Positions 8,916 to 17,795 of a stretch of DNA of 64,000 nt are shown here, piece after piece. Source of the DNA: an uncultured Clostridia bacterium. Lineage in GTDB: Bacteria > Bacillota > Clostridia > Oscillospirales > Ruminococcaceae. Position 1 is the first letter of the stretch, and every line of letters starts with the position of its first letter. The stretch spans positions 10,362-74,361 of the forward strand of contig CAMUJF010000001.1 of NCBI GenBank assembly GCA_947089135.1, in the 5' to 3' direction. The notes under the pieces are model-generated. The model saw only the letters and a program-made list of their open reading frames with translations, was not told where the DNA came from and ran no database searches. A program made the position numbers and the translations under genes.

Positions 8916-10280
8916 ATGTCAACTGCTGCGGCAATCTCAACTCCCCGCGCTCAGGGGGGGATATCTGTTATACGCATTTCGGGAGAGAGCGCTCTTTCCG
9001 CTGCGGATAAAATTTTTCAGCCTGTCTCCTGCAAGATTCCGCCCTCAGAAATGGAGGGCTACACCTGTGCTTACGGAAAAATCGTAAACGGCTGTGAAAT
9101 TATTGACGACGGGATAGTGACTGTTTTCCGCGCGCCTAAATCCTACACCGGAGAGGACGTTGTTGAAATTTCCTGCCATGGCGGTATTTTTGTTACGGAG
9201 CAGATACTGAGGCTTATTTTTGACAGCGGAGTTGAACCTGCCGGAGTGGGGGAATTTACAAAGCGTGCGTTTCTGAACGGAAAGATGAGTCTTACTCAGG
9301 CGGAGGCTGTTATGGACATTATTTCAGCCGACGGAACCGCGGGACTTCGGTGCGCGGAATCTCTGCGTGACGGCGCATTGTTCCGCCGCATAAAAAAGGT
9401 TTCCGACGGAATGCTTAAGCTGCTCGGTTCTCTTGCGGCATGGGTAGATTACCCGGACGATGATATCCCTGCTGTTGAGGAATATGAGATAGCAGCTGTT
9501 CTCGAAGCGGGAATTGCCGAATTGGGAGGACTTCTTGAATCCTACGAAAGCGGACGTATCGTCAGAGAGGGTGCGGATACTGTTATTGCAGGACGTCCAA
9601 ACGTGGGAAAAAGCACGCTGATGAATCTTTTGGCAGGCTGCGAAAGAAGCATTGTTTCCGATACGGCGGGTACGACCCGTGATGTTGTTGAGGAATCCGT
9701 ACGCTTAGGGGACATTGTTCTGCGGCTTTCCGATACGGCAGGTATTCATGATACCGAAGATACCGTTGAAAGTATCGGTGTAGACAGGGCAAGAAAAAAG
9801 CTTGATTCCGCCGATCTTATTCTTGCGGTTTTCGACGTGGGAAGCATTATTACCGATGAGGACAGAGAGCTTGCGGAAAAGTGCAGAGACCGTAATTCTA
9901 TTGCAGTACTGAATAAGTCCGACTTAGAGCAGAAGTTTGATTTTGCGGAAATTTCCGAGTGTTTTAAAGACAGTGTGACTATTTCCGCCGAAAGGGGAGA
10001 CGGTCTTGATTCTCTTAAAGCAGCGGTTGAGAAGCTTTACGGAATACCCGGATTTTCGGCAGATGTGGGTATACTTGCAAACGAGCGGCAAAGAGGCTGT
10101 GCTCTGAAAGCAAGGCAGTGCTTCACAGAGGCTTTGGAGGCTCTCAAAGCGGGAGCGACCTTTGACGCGGTGACTGTTCTTATAGACGGCGGTGAAAATT
10201 CGCTGCTGGAGCTGACGGGAGAAAAGACCTCCGAAGCTGTTGTGGATGAAGTGTTCTCGCGTTTCTGCGTTGGAAAATAA
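8916..10280 (+). CDS. mnmE: tRNA modification GTPase MnmE
   Basis: G-domain GRPNVGKSTLMN and DTAGI, with the C-terminal CVGK. The start is set to ATG 8916 (RBS GGAGG). The ORF-track start at 8826 lies inside parS. Confidence 0.93.
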   Translation: MSTAAAISTPRAQGGISVIRISGESALSAADKIFQPVSCKIPPSEMEGYTCAYGKIVNGCEIIDDGIVTVFRAPKSYTGEDVVEISCHGGIFVTEQILRLIFDSGVEPAGVGEFTKRAFLNGKMSLTQAEAVMDIISADGTAGLRCAESLRDGALFRRIKKVSDGMLKLLGSLAAWVDYPDDDIPAVEEYEIAAVLEAGIAELGGLLESYESGRIVREGADTVIAGRPNVGKSTLMNLLAGCERSIVSDTAGTTRDVVEESVRLGDIVLRLSDTAGIHDTEDTVESIGVDRARKKLDSADLILAVFDVGSIITDEDRELAEKCRDRNSIAVLNKSDLEQKFDFAEISECFKDSVTISAERGDGLDSLKAAVEKLYGIPGFSADVGILANERQRGCALKARQCFTEALEALKAGATFDAVTVLIDGGENSLLELTGEKTSEAVVDEVFSRFCVGK

Positions 10281-10319
10281 CGGCGTGAAAACGTCAGAAA
10301 AATTGAAAGGACTATTACA

Positions 10320-10862
10320 ATGATAATCACTCTTAAAAAAATAAATTTGTTCAGTAAGGACTACGGAAAGATAAGCCGTCTTTATAAGACTGCTTTTCCT
10401 GTTAATGAAAGAGCTCCCATGTGGTTTATGACAATGAAGTCGGGAAATGAAAACGTCGATTTCTGGGGTATTTATTCCAACAGAAAATGGGTAGGACTTG
10501 CTTATGTGATAAATGAGGGCAGTGCGTCTTATTTGTTTTATCTTGCGCTTTCGGAAAGTATGAGAGGAAAGGGAATAGGCAGCAGGGCTTTGCAGTCGCT
10601 TTTGATACACTACGAGGGACAGCGGCTTTTCCTTGCATTGGAACAGCTTGACGAGTCCGCGGATAATTTTGATGAACGGCAGAAGCGCAGAAAATTTTAC
10701 ATGAAAAACGGTTTAAAGCCGCTGCCGCTGACTATCCGCGAAGCGACGGTGACATACGACGTAATGGGTACGGGGAACGTCAAGCCCGACGAGTACGAAA
10801 GTATGATGAAAAAGTATCTCGGAGCGGCAAGCAGGCTAGTGTCTATGGATATTACAGAATAA
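10320..10862 (+). CDS. GNAT family N-acetyltransferase
   Basis: 180 aa with an acetyl-CoA binding-type motif RGKGIGSRAL. It is inserted between mnmE and mnmG. Confidence 0.7.
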   Translation: MIITLKKINLFSKDYGKISRLYKTAFPVNERAPMWFMTMKSGNENVDFWGIYSNRKWVGLAYVINEGSASYLFYLALSESMRGKGIGSRALQSLLIHYEGQRLFLALEQLDESADNFDERQKRRKFYMKNGLKPLPLTIREATVTYDVMGTGNVKPDEYESMMKKYLGAASRLVSMDITE

Positions 10863-10926
10863 CGGGGATCAAGCTTTTCCGTGATGTTTTGCAAAGCAAA
10901 ACTCGCAGCTGCCGCCAAACGGCAGC

Positions 10927-10942
10927 TGTTCCACGTGGAACA
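10927..10942. promoter_or_regulatory. parS centromere site
   Basis: TGTTCCACGTGGAACA, perfect. It lies in the GNAT-mnmG spacer. Confidence 0.9.
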
Positions 10943-11082
10943 ATTTACGGTTCGGGTCTTCCCGATTTTTGGAGGTCAAGTTTTAAAAAACAAGTTTTTT
11001 AAAACTGCGAGTTTTGTTTCTTCGGCTGTCGCCTCGATTTCCTTGCGGAAACCACAAAACTCAGAAAGGAATGGTCATAAAA

Positions 11083-12954
11083 ATGAGTCATTATATAGAC
11101 AGCTACGACGTGGCTGTTATTGGGGCGGGACACGCCGGTGTAGAAGCCGCTCTTGCTGCGGCGCGGCTTGGAGCAAAAACGGTCATGTTTACAATATCGT
11201 TGGACAATATCGCAAATATGCCCTGCAATCCATCTATCGGAGGAACTGCAAAGGGACATCTTGTTCGCGAAATAGACGCTCTCGGCGGTGAAATGGGAAA
11301 AGCCGCCGACGCTTGTTTTATCCAGAGCCGTATGCTCAACAGGGGAAAAGGTCCTGCGGTACACAGCCTCAGGGTACAGGCGGACAGAGTAAAATACCAT
11401 AACCATATGAAAAAAATCTGCGAAATGCAGGAAAATCTTGACGTTAAACAGGCAGAGGTAACAGAAGTTCTTGCTGAAAACGGTAAGGTTACCGGGATAG
11501 TTACTCATTTGGGCGGAGAATATAAAGTAAAGACCGCAGTAATAGCCACAGGTACTTATCTGAAAGGACTTATCCATGTGGGGGACGTTTCCTATGAAAG
11601 CGGTCCAGACAGCACTTTGCCTGCAAGAGGGCTTTCAGACAGTCTGCGAAAGCTTGGCATTGAGATACGCCGTTTCAAGACCGGTACTCCCAGCCGTGTT
11701 CACCGCCGTTCAATTGATTTTGACAAGCTGGAAATTCAGCACGGGGACAGCGATATTCAGCCGTTTTCATTTGAGACGCCCCGCGATGGACTTGAAAATA
11801 TCGTGCCCTGTTATGTTGCCTACACAAATGAGGAGACTCACCGTGTTATCCGTGAAAATATTCACCGTTCGCCTATGTATTCGGGAAAAATTGAGGGTAT
11901 AGGTCCTCGGTACTGTCCGTCTATAGAAGATAAGATCGTGAGGTTTTCCGAACGTCCGAGACATCAGCTTTTTATAGAGCCGATGGGTCTGGATACGGAG
12001 GAATTTTATTTGCAGGGTATGTCATCTTCGCTGCCCGAAGATGTACAAATTGCATTTTTACGTACAATAAAGGGACTTGAACGCGTTGAAATAATGCGAA
12101 ACGCATACGCTATTGAGTATGACTGCTGCAATCCGCAGGATTTGCGCCATACATTGGAATTTAAAAATATCTGCGGACTTTACGGTGCGGGACAGTTTAA
12201 CGGTACGTCCGGTTACGAAGAAGCCGCCGCCCAAGGTCTTATTGCGGGAATAAACGCGGCGCGGTACTGCAAGGGACAGGATGGTATAACATTAAGCCGG
12301 TCTTCCTCCTATATCGGAACGCTTATCGACGACCTTGTGATAAAAGGCTGTCTCGATCCTTACCGCATGATGACCTCACGAAGCGAATACAGACTTTTGC
12401 TTCGTCAGGATAATGCGGACGAAAGGCTTACCCCTTTGGGATATGAGATAGGACTTATCTCGGAGGAGCGTTACAAATTGTTCCACGTGAAACAATTGCA
12501 GATAAAACAGGAGATTTCACGAGTTAAGTCGAAAACCTTATCTCCGACGGCAGAACTTAACGAGCTTTTGATTCGAAAGGGTACGGCGGAGATTTCCACA
12601 GGAGTGAAGATGAGCGATCTTATCCGACGTCCGCAGATATCCTATGAGGACTTGGCGGTATTTGATACGGGAAGACCGGAGCTTCCCTTTGAAGTTCGGG
12701 AACAGGTGGGTCTGCAAATTGAATACGAGGGATATATCGAACGGCAGCTTGCAGAGGTGGAGCACGTCCGTAAGCTTGAAAATAAACGTCTGCCGCAGCC
12801 CTTTGATTATAAGGAGATAAAGGGTTTAAGCCTTGAATCCCAGGAAAAACTGAACCGTATCCAACCGGAAAATATCGGACAGGCAAGTCGAATATCGGGA
12901 GTCTCGCCTGCGGACGTGAGCGTACTTATAATTTGGCTTTCCGCCAGCAAGTAA
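11083..12954 (+). CDS. mnmG: tRNA uridine 5-carboxymethylaminomethyl modification enzyme MnmG (GidA)
   Basis: FAD motif [12 protein letters not shown]. The start is set to ATG 11083 ([10 protein letters not shown]..), 12 nt after AAAGGA. Confidence 0.95.
   Translation: MSHYIDSYDVAVIGAGHAGVEAALAAARLGAKTVMFTISLDNIANMPCNPSIGGTAKGHLVREIDALGGEMGKAADACFIQSRMLNRGKGPAVHSLRVQADRVKYHNHMKKICEMQENLDVKQAEVTEVLAENGKVTGIVTHLGGEYKVKTAVIATGTYLKGLIHVGDVSYESGPDSTLPARGLSDSLRKLGIEIRRFKTGTPSRVHRRSIDFDKLEIQHGDSDIQPFSFETPRDGLENIVPCYVAYTNEETHRVIRENIHRSPMYSGKIEGIGPRYCPSIEDKIVRFSERPRHQLFIEPMGLDTEEFYLQGMSSSLPEDVQIAFLRTIKGLERVEIMRNAYAIEYDCCNPQDLRHTLEFKNICGLYGAGQFNGTSGYEEAAAQGLIAGINAARYCKGQDGITLSRSSSYIGTLIDDLVIKGCLDPYRMMTSRSEYRLLLRQDNADERLTPLGYEIGLISEERYKLFHVKQLQIKQEISRVKSKTLSPTAELNELLIRKGTAEISTGVKMSDLIRRPQISYEDLAVFDTGRPELPFEVREQVGLQIEYEGYIERQLAEVEHVRKLENKRLPQPFDYKEIKGLSLESQEKLNRIQPENIGQASRISGVSPADVSVLIIWLSASK
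12479..12494. promoter_or_regulatory. parS centromere site (intragenic, in mnmG)
   Basis: TGTTCCACGTGAAACA, an exact match to the B. subtilis consensus. Confidence 0.88.
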
Positions 12955-12966
12955 GGGGGAACAGAT

Positions 12967-13680
12967 ATGTCAGTATTACCCGAATTTGAAAAGTTTGCGG
13001 AGTTTTTTTCCGCGTTGAATTTTGAAATTACAGAAGAACAGTACGCACAGTTTTCATCGTATGCTTCTGCTCTTGTGGAGTGGAACGAAAAAATGAATCT
13101 TACGGGAATAACCGATCCCGATGGAATTGCGGTCAAGCATTTTCTGGACAGTATTCTGCCATTGAAATTTTTGGATATCCCAAAAGGCGAAAGCATTATA
13201 GACGTAGGTACGGGAGCGGGATTTCCGGGCGTGCCTATAAAAATATACCGTCCCGATGTGAGATTGACGCTGTTGGACAGTCTCAATAAGCGCATTAACT
13301 TTCTTTCGGCAGCTTGCAGCGAAGCAAATATTGAAGCAAAGTTTGTTCATGCAAGAGCCGAAGAGGGAGGACGGAACAATGCCTACAGAGAAAAATTCGG
13401 AGCAGCTTTTGCGAGAGCGGTTGCGGCAATGCCTGTGCTTGCGGAATACTGCCTGCCGTTTGTTAAGATGGGCGGAATATTTGCAGCAATGAAAGGTCCC
13501 AATGAAAATTACAGGGACGGAGAAAATGCCGTAAAGCTTTTGGGAGGAGAAATCGCGGACGTTAAGGAATATTCGCTTCCAAACGGAGACAAGCGCGTAC
13601 TTATAATAGTGCGTAAAATTATGCCGACAGCTGAGAAGTATCCAAGAAACGGCGGTCAGATATCCAAAAAGTCATTATAA
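12967..13680 (+). CDS. rsmG: 16S rRNA (guanine527-N7)-methyltransferase RsmG (GidB)
   Basis: 237 aa with SAM motif DVGTGAGFPG and synteny after mnmG. Confidence 0.93.
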   Translation: MSVLPEFEKFAEFFSALNFEITEEQYAQFSSYASALVEWNEKMNLTGITDPDGIAVKHFLDSILPLKFLDIPKGESIIDVGTGAGFPGVPIKIYRPDVRLTLLDSLNKRINFLSAACSEANIEAKFVHARAEEGGRNNAYREKFGAAFARAVAAMPVLAEYCLPFVKMGGIFAAMKGPNENYRDGENAVKLLGGEIADVKEYSLPNGDKRVLIIVRKIMPTAEKYPRNGGQISKKSL

Positions 13681-13684
13681 TAAT

Positions 13685-13700
13685 TGTTCCACGTGAAACA
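13685..13700. promoter_or_regulatory. parS centromere site
   Basis: TGTTCCACGTGAAACA, 5 nt after the rsmG stop. Confidence 0.88.
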
Positions 13701-13735
13701 TTTTTAAACAAAGCCGCGGCTATTTTTATGGAAAA

Positions 13736-13751
13736 TGTTCCACGTGGAACA
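13736..13751. promoter_or_regulatory. parS centromere site
   Basis: TGTTCCACGTGGAACA, 51 bp from the previous site and just upstream of the soj promoter. Confidence 0.9.
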
Positions 13752-13781
13752 TTTTTTTATTTGCTAAATTTGCAAAAATTA

Positions 13782-13810
13782 TTGCAATTGGTAAGAAAAT
13801 ATGGTATAAT
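13782..13810 (+). promoter_or_regulatory. sigma-A promoter of soj-spo0J
   Basis: TTGCAA (13782-13787), a 17-nt spacer and an extended -10 TGGTATAAT (13802-13810). Confidence 0.65.
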
Positions 13811-13841
13811 TAAAGCTACTGAAACTGAAAGGAAGACTGTT

Positions 13842-14639
13842 ATGGCAATTATAATTGCTGTCGCAAATCAAAAGGGCGGTGTGGGAAAATCCACCACTGT
13901 TGTTAATCTTGCGGCGTGCCTGGGACAGAGAAAGAAAAAAGTCCTTTGTGTGGACATGGACGCCCAGGGAAATACTACAAGCGGATTCGGTATCCGCAAA
14001 AAAAATGTGGGAATATCTACATACGACGCGCTTCTGGGGCTTCGGAGAATACAAGAAGCCGTTATAAAAACCGAATTTGAGAATGTATGGCTCGTACCCG
14101 CGACTTCTTCTCTTGCCGCTGCCGATATTGAGCTTATCGAGGTGGACAATATGCAGAAGCGCATGAAAATGCAGCTTCTCACCATAAAGCAGGATTACGA
14201 TTATATACTGCTTGACTGCCCGCCGTCGCTGTCGCTGATTCCTGTAAATGCGCTGTGCGCTTGCGATACGGTGCTTGTGCCGATGACCTGCGAATATTTT
14301 GCAATGGAGGGACTTTCCCAGCTTGTGGAATCAATTCGGCTGGTGAAGCAGCGGTACAACCCCACAATAGATATTGAAGGAATACTTTTTACCATGTTTG
14401 ACGGACGCCTCAACCTCACAAGTCAGGTTGTAAGCGAGGTAAAAAAGCATTTCCCGAAAAAGATGTTCAAGACCGTGATACCGAGAAACGTGCGCATATC
14501 AGAGGCTCCCAGTTTTGGAAAGCCCGTTGTGTACTACGATAAAAGCTCCCGCGGCGCGGAGGCTTACGAAATGTTTACGGAAGAGCTTCTTAAACGGCAC
14601 AAGGCTGCCGAAAAAGCTCTTGCCGCGTCGAAAAAATAA
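13842..14639 (+). CDS. soj: ParA family chromosome partitioning ATPase Soj
   Basis: Deviant Walker A KGGVGKST. The start is set to ATG 13842 (MAIIIAVANQKGG..) behind GAAAGGAAG. Confidence 0.94.
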   Translation: MAIIIAVANQKGGVGKSTTVVNLAACLGQRKKKVLCVDMDAQGNTTSGFGIRKKNVGISTYDALLGLRRIQEAVIKTEFENVWLVPATSSLAAADIELIEVDNMQKRMKMQLLTIKQDYDYILLDCPPSLSLIPVNALCACDTVLVPMTCEYFAMEGLSQLVESIRLVKQRYNPTIDIEGILFTMFDGRLNLTSQVVSEVKKHFPKKMFKTVIPRNVRISEAPSFGKPVVYYDKSSRGAEAYEMFTEELLKRHKAAEKALAASKK

Positions 14640-14655
14640 TGAAAAGGGGGTAAAA

Positions 14656-14671
14656 TGTTCCACGTAGAACA
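14656..14671. promoter_or_regulatory. parS centromere site (one mismatch)
   Basis: TGTTCCACGTAGAACA in the soj-spo0J spacer. Confidence 0.8.
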
Positions 14672-14731
14672 TTTTTGATCAAAACCGCGATGTTTTGCGA
14701 GGTAAAACACGCATCTGCTGCTTGGACAGTT

Positions 14732-14747
14732 TTTTTTACGTGGAACA
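14732..14747. promoter_or_regulatory. degenerate parS / half-site
   Basis: TTTTTTACGTGGAACA has an intact right arm and 3 mismatches in the left arm. It lies 76 bp from the previous site. Confidence 0.45.
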
Positions 14748-14755
14748 ATTGGAAT

Positions 14756-15628
14756 ATGGCAAAAAAAAGTTTGGGAATGGGTCTTGACGCGCTTTTCGGA
14801 GACAACGGAGCCGAGGGCGGCGATACTCATACCTTAAGAATTTCCGAGATAGAACCGAACCGCAAGCAGCCCAGACAGGATTTTGACGAGGCTGCTATCG
14901 CGGAGCTTGCGGACAGTATCCGTCAGCACGGACTTATCCAGCCGATAGTTGTCCGTCCAATGGAGGAGGGTTATCAAATCGTAGCGGGTGAGCGCCGTTG
15001 GAGAGCTTGCCGTATGTTGGGAATGAGCGACGTTCCGGTTGTGGTAAAGGATTTTACCGACGAAGAAACCGCTCAGATCGCGCTTATTGAAAACATTCAG
15101 CGGCAGGACTTAAATCCTGTGGAGGAGGCCGCTGCGTACCGCGCTCTTATGGACGAGTACGGCATGACTCAGGAGGCTCTTTCAAAGGCGGTGGGAAAAT
15201 CCCGCTCCGCAATTGCAAACTCCGTCAGACTGCTTAATCTTCCCGACGAGATTGTGGAAATGCTTCGTAAGGGAAAGCTTTCATCGGGACAAGCAAAGGC
15301 TATTGCTTCGGCTGATTCCGAGGAGACGATGCTGGAAATAGCAAAGCTTGCGGCCGACGGAAAGATCACTGTCAGAGGGATAGAAAAGCTTGCAGCGGAA
15401 AAGACGGATAAGGAAGCGGGGGGCTCGGAGGAAAAACAGTCCGTACCGAAAACTGCGGAAGAGCGGTCGAACATGAGCTACATAACCGAAATGCAGATAA
15501 GCCTTGAGGATCATTTGCAGAAAAAGGTGAAGATAACCTCAAAGGACGGAGAAAAGGGTACGCTTGTGATTGATTTTTACAGCAGGGACGAGCTTACCGA
15601 TCTTGCAGACAGGCTGACCTGCTATTGA
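14756..15628 (+). CDS. spo0J: ParB/Spo0J chromosome partitioning protein
   Basis: ParB box ..IVAGERRWRAC.. and an HTH. The start is set to ATG 14756 (MAKKSLGMGLDALFG). Confidence 0.94.
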   Translation: MAKKSLGMGLDALFGDNGAEGGDTHTLRISEIEPNRKQPRQDFDEAAIAELADSIRQHGLIQPIVVRPMEEGYQIVAGERRWRACRMLGMSDVPVVVKDFTDEETAQIALIENIQRQDLNPVEEAAAYRALMDEYGMTQEALSKAVGKSRSAIANSVRLLNLPDEIVEMLRKGKLSSGQAKAIASADSEETMLEIAKLAADGKITVRGIEKLAAEKTDKEAGGSEEKQSVPKTAEERSNMSYITEMQISLEDHLQKKVKITSKDGEKGTLVIDFYSRDELTDLADRLTCY

Positions 15629-15642
15629 TATCAGATATAAAT

Positions 15643-15681
15643 AATTCGCCTGCCTTAAATTAGGTATGGCGAATTTTTTTG
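15643..15681 (+). terminator. Rho-independent terminator after spo0J
   Basis: AATTCGCC (15643-15650) pairs with GGCGAATT (15668-15675), followed by TTTTTTG. Confidence 0.7.
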
Positions 15682-15711
15682 ATATTGTATGATTTTACGC
15701 ATTGTTTTCGA

Positions 15712-15740
15712 CATTTTCCAGAAAATAGAAATGGTATAAT
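15712..15740 (+). promoter_or_regulatory. extended -10 promoter of the noc-like gene
   Basis: TGGTATAAT at 15732-15740 is the same extended -10 as the soj promoter. The -35 is weak. Confidence 0.45.
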
Positions 15741-15773
15741 AACGCTGAGAAAAAATAAAGGAAGTGCGATGAT

Positions 15774-16568
15774 ATGCCGTTTCTCGTTAAAGAAAAAACT
15801 CTTAACAAGGTCATTCAGGTGGAGACCGCGAAAATAGACCCCAATCCATACCAACCGAGGCGGGAATTTGATGATATAGACGGACTGGCGCAAAGTATCA
15901 GTCAGAACGGAATTTTACAGCCGCTTACCGTCCGCAGAGTGGACGAGCGTTTTCAGCTTGTGGCAGGGGAGCGGAGACTTCGTGCGGCAAAGCTGTTGGG
16001 AATGGAGTTTGTTCCGTGTATCGCGGTTACAATGACGGAGCGTAATTCTGCGGTAATGGCTCTGATAGAAAATATTCAGCGGCGGGATCTGTCCGTTTTT
16101 GACGAAGCTGAGGCTATTGCAAGGCTTATAGATTTCTATGGAATGACTCAGGAGGACGCCGCAGTCAAGCTTGGAAAATCTCAATCTTCAGTAGCAAATA
16201 AGCTTCGGCTGCTGAAGCTGGACAAGTCCGTTCAGGGAAAAGCCGCCGAGTACGGTCTTACGGAACGTCATGCCCGCGCGCTTCTTAAGCTGGAGGATAC
16301 TCCGAAGCAGCTTGCCGCCATAGAGGTCATTCATGAAAGAAAAATGAATGTGGAAAACACCGAACGGTACATAGATAATATGCTTGAAAAGGAGCGTAAT
16401 TTTGCGGACATGAAGCGGCGCAGCGCGGCTTTCAGGGACGTGCGGTTGTTTGTCAATACCATAAACAAGGCTATCGAAATGATGAAAGCGGCGGGGATAA
16501 ACGCCGATTCCAAAAAAATTCAGGACGACGACTATATCGAGTACATCGTCAGAATACCCACAAAATAA
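15774..16568 (+). CDS. noc: Noc-like ParB paralogue (nucleoid occlusion protein family)
   Basis: 264 aa with ParB box ..LVAGERRLRAA... The C-terminal half mirrors B. subtilis Noc (..LTERHARAL.., ..RDVRLFVNTINKAIEMMK.., ending ..YIEYIVRIPTK versus Noc ..IQLTIRIPK). Confidence 0.75.
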   Translation: MPFLVKEKTLNKVIQVETAKIDPNPYQPRREFDDIDGLAQSISQNGILQPLTVRRVDERFQLVAGERRLRAAKLLGMEFVPCIAVTMTERNSAVMALIENIQRRDLSVFDEAEAIARLIDFYGMTQEDAAVKLGKSQSSVANKLRLLKLDKSVQGKAAEYGLTERHARALLKLEDTPKQLAAIEVIHERKMNVENTERYIDNMLEKERNFADMKRRSAAFRDVRLFVNTINKAIEMMKAAGINADSKKIQDDDYIEYIVRIPTK

Positions 16569-16570
16569 TG

Positions 16571-16610
16571 AAAAGCGGACGAAAAGACTGAGCCTTTTCG
16601 TCCGCTTTTT
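16571..16610. terminator. bidirectional Rho-independent terminator (noc-like gene / convergent secreted-protein gene)
   Basis: AAAAGCGGACGAAAAG-actgagc-CTTTTCGTCCGCTTTTT, with an A-run and a T-run on either side. Confidence 0.85.
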
Positions 16611-16616
16611 GTATAA

Positions 16617-16632
16617 TGTTCCACGTGAAACA
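16617..16632. promoter_or_regulatory. parS centromere site
   Basis: TGTTCCACGTGAAACA immediately after the terminator. Confidence 0.88.
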
Positions 16633-16633
16633 A

Positions 16634-17644
16634 TTAAAGTTCTTCGTTGTACGCATGGTCGTAAGCCATGTATGTACCGCTGTCTTCCTCGTATTTATAG
16701 TCAAACCAGCATTCCTCATAAACAAGCTTTTCGGTTTTGTAGCTGTAGCTGTAGCCGTAATCCGAAAAATAGCTGTAATTATTGTCGCGTTTGCCCTTGT
16801 AATTTTTCTCAAATTCCGCTGTGCGGTTCAGAATATCTTTTTCGGTATCCTTACTGTAGACCGTTTCAAGGTCGTAGGGCTTGCGGATAATTTTGGTTTT
16901 CTCTTTGTTCCTGTCCACTGTAAATTTGTAGGTGTAGTTTGTCTGCACGTCGTTTATGCAGTAGCTGAGGATCACGTCCGCATCACCGCCGCCTCGTCCG
17001 GACATATTGAGCGAGTAGTCGGAAAAATTAAAATTTTTATCGTATTTTTTAATGGACTTGAAAATGCCGTCCATATCCTTTTCGGAGTCAAGACAAAGTA
17101 TCTTGCCCTCGTTTTCGATATTTCCCGCGGCAGTGGAGTTAAGCGAACCGTTGCGGAAAACAAGCCTGCCATTTTTGCCGATCTTGATCGTTCCGAAGTT
17201 ATCCAAAGTTCCTCCGTGAATAAACACCGTGCCGTCCTCTATTTCCAAAACTCCGTCACGTTCAACGCAGACAGTTCCTATTATCTCGGCTGTCGCGCCG
17301 TCGCTTATGACAAGTCTGCCGCCGCTCCTTTCGCCTAAATCGTTTCCGATAGGCTCAATTCTCAGTTTCTGTCCGCTTTCAATGGTGAAGTCCTTATCAA
17401 AAATTCGTTTCTGCCATATTTCCATGTATTCCGAAGAGAAAAATTTTCCGTCATTGGTAGAAAAACCTACGTCTGTAAACGGTGGGGGAGAATCGTAATC
17501 AAAAAAGTAGTCGTAGTAATCGGTGCCCGTCAAGTCCCTTTCCGGGTCAAATTCCTTTTCGCTTGCCGATACCGCAACCGCTGAGACAGCCGATACCGCC
17601 ATAACTGCCGCCGATACTGCCGCAAAAATTTTACTCATTTTCAT
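16634..17644 (-). CDS. secreted hypothetical protein (signal peptide, beta-helix-like G-x-hydrophobic repeats, Tyr-rich C-terminus)
   Basis: The start is set to ATG 17644 (MKMSKIFAAVSAAVMAVSAVSAVAVSA-SEKE) behind GAAAGGA. I recognised no known domain. Confidence 0.6.
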   Translation of the reverse strand: MKMSKIFAAVSAAVMAVSAVSAVAVSASEKEFDPERDLTGTDYYDYFFDYDSPPPFTDVGFSTNDGKFFSSEYMEIWQKRIFDKDFTIESGQKLRIEPIGNDLGERSGGRLVISDGATAEIIGTVCVERDGVLEIEDGTVFIHGGTLDNFGTIKIGKNGRLVFRNGSLNSTAAGNIENEGKILCLDSEKDMDGIFKSIKKYDKNFNFSDYSLNMSGRGGGDADVILSYCINDVQTNYTYKFTVDRNKEKTKIIRKPYDLETVYSKDTEKDILNRTAEFEKNYKGKRDNNYSYFSDYGYSYSYKTEKLVYEECWFDYKYEEDSGTYMAYDHAYNEEL

Positions 17645-17765
17645 AAAAATCAATCCTTTCAAAAGCTTGCAAACATTTTATATAATAAATACAACTCAGA
17701 GCGGCAGAATTTTTCATGGAAAGAAAAATTTTTCAAAAAATTTGTGGGATATTAGCATTACACAT

Positions 17766-17795
17766 GGGGTGACTCAGCCTGCGGAGGCTCTACGC
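17766..17795 (+). repeat. GC-hairpin repeat family, copy 2 (module B only)
   Basis: GGGGTGACTCAGCCTGCGGAGGCTCTACGC ends exactly at the dnaJ stop codon (17796-17798). Confidence 0.7.
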
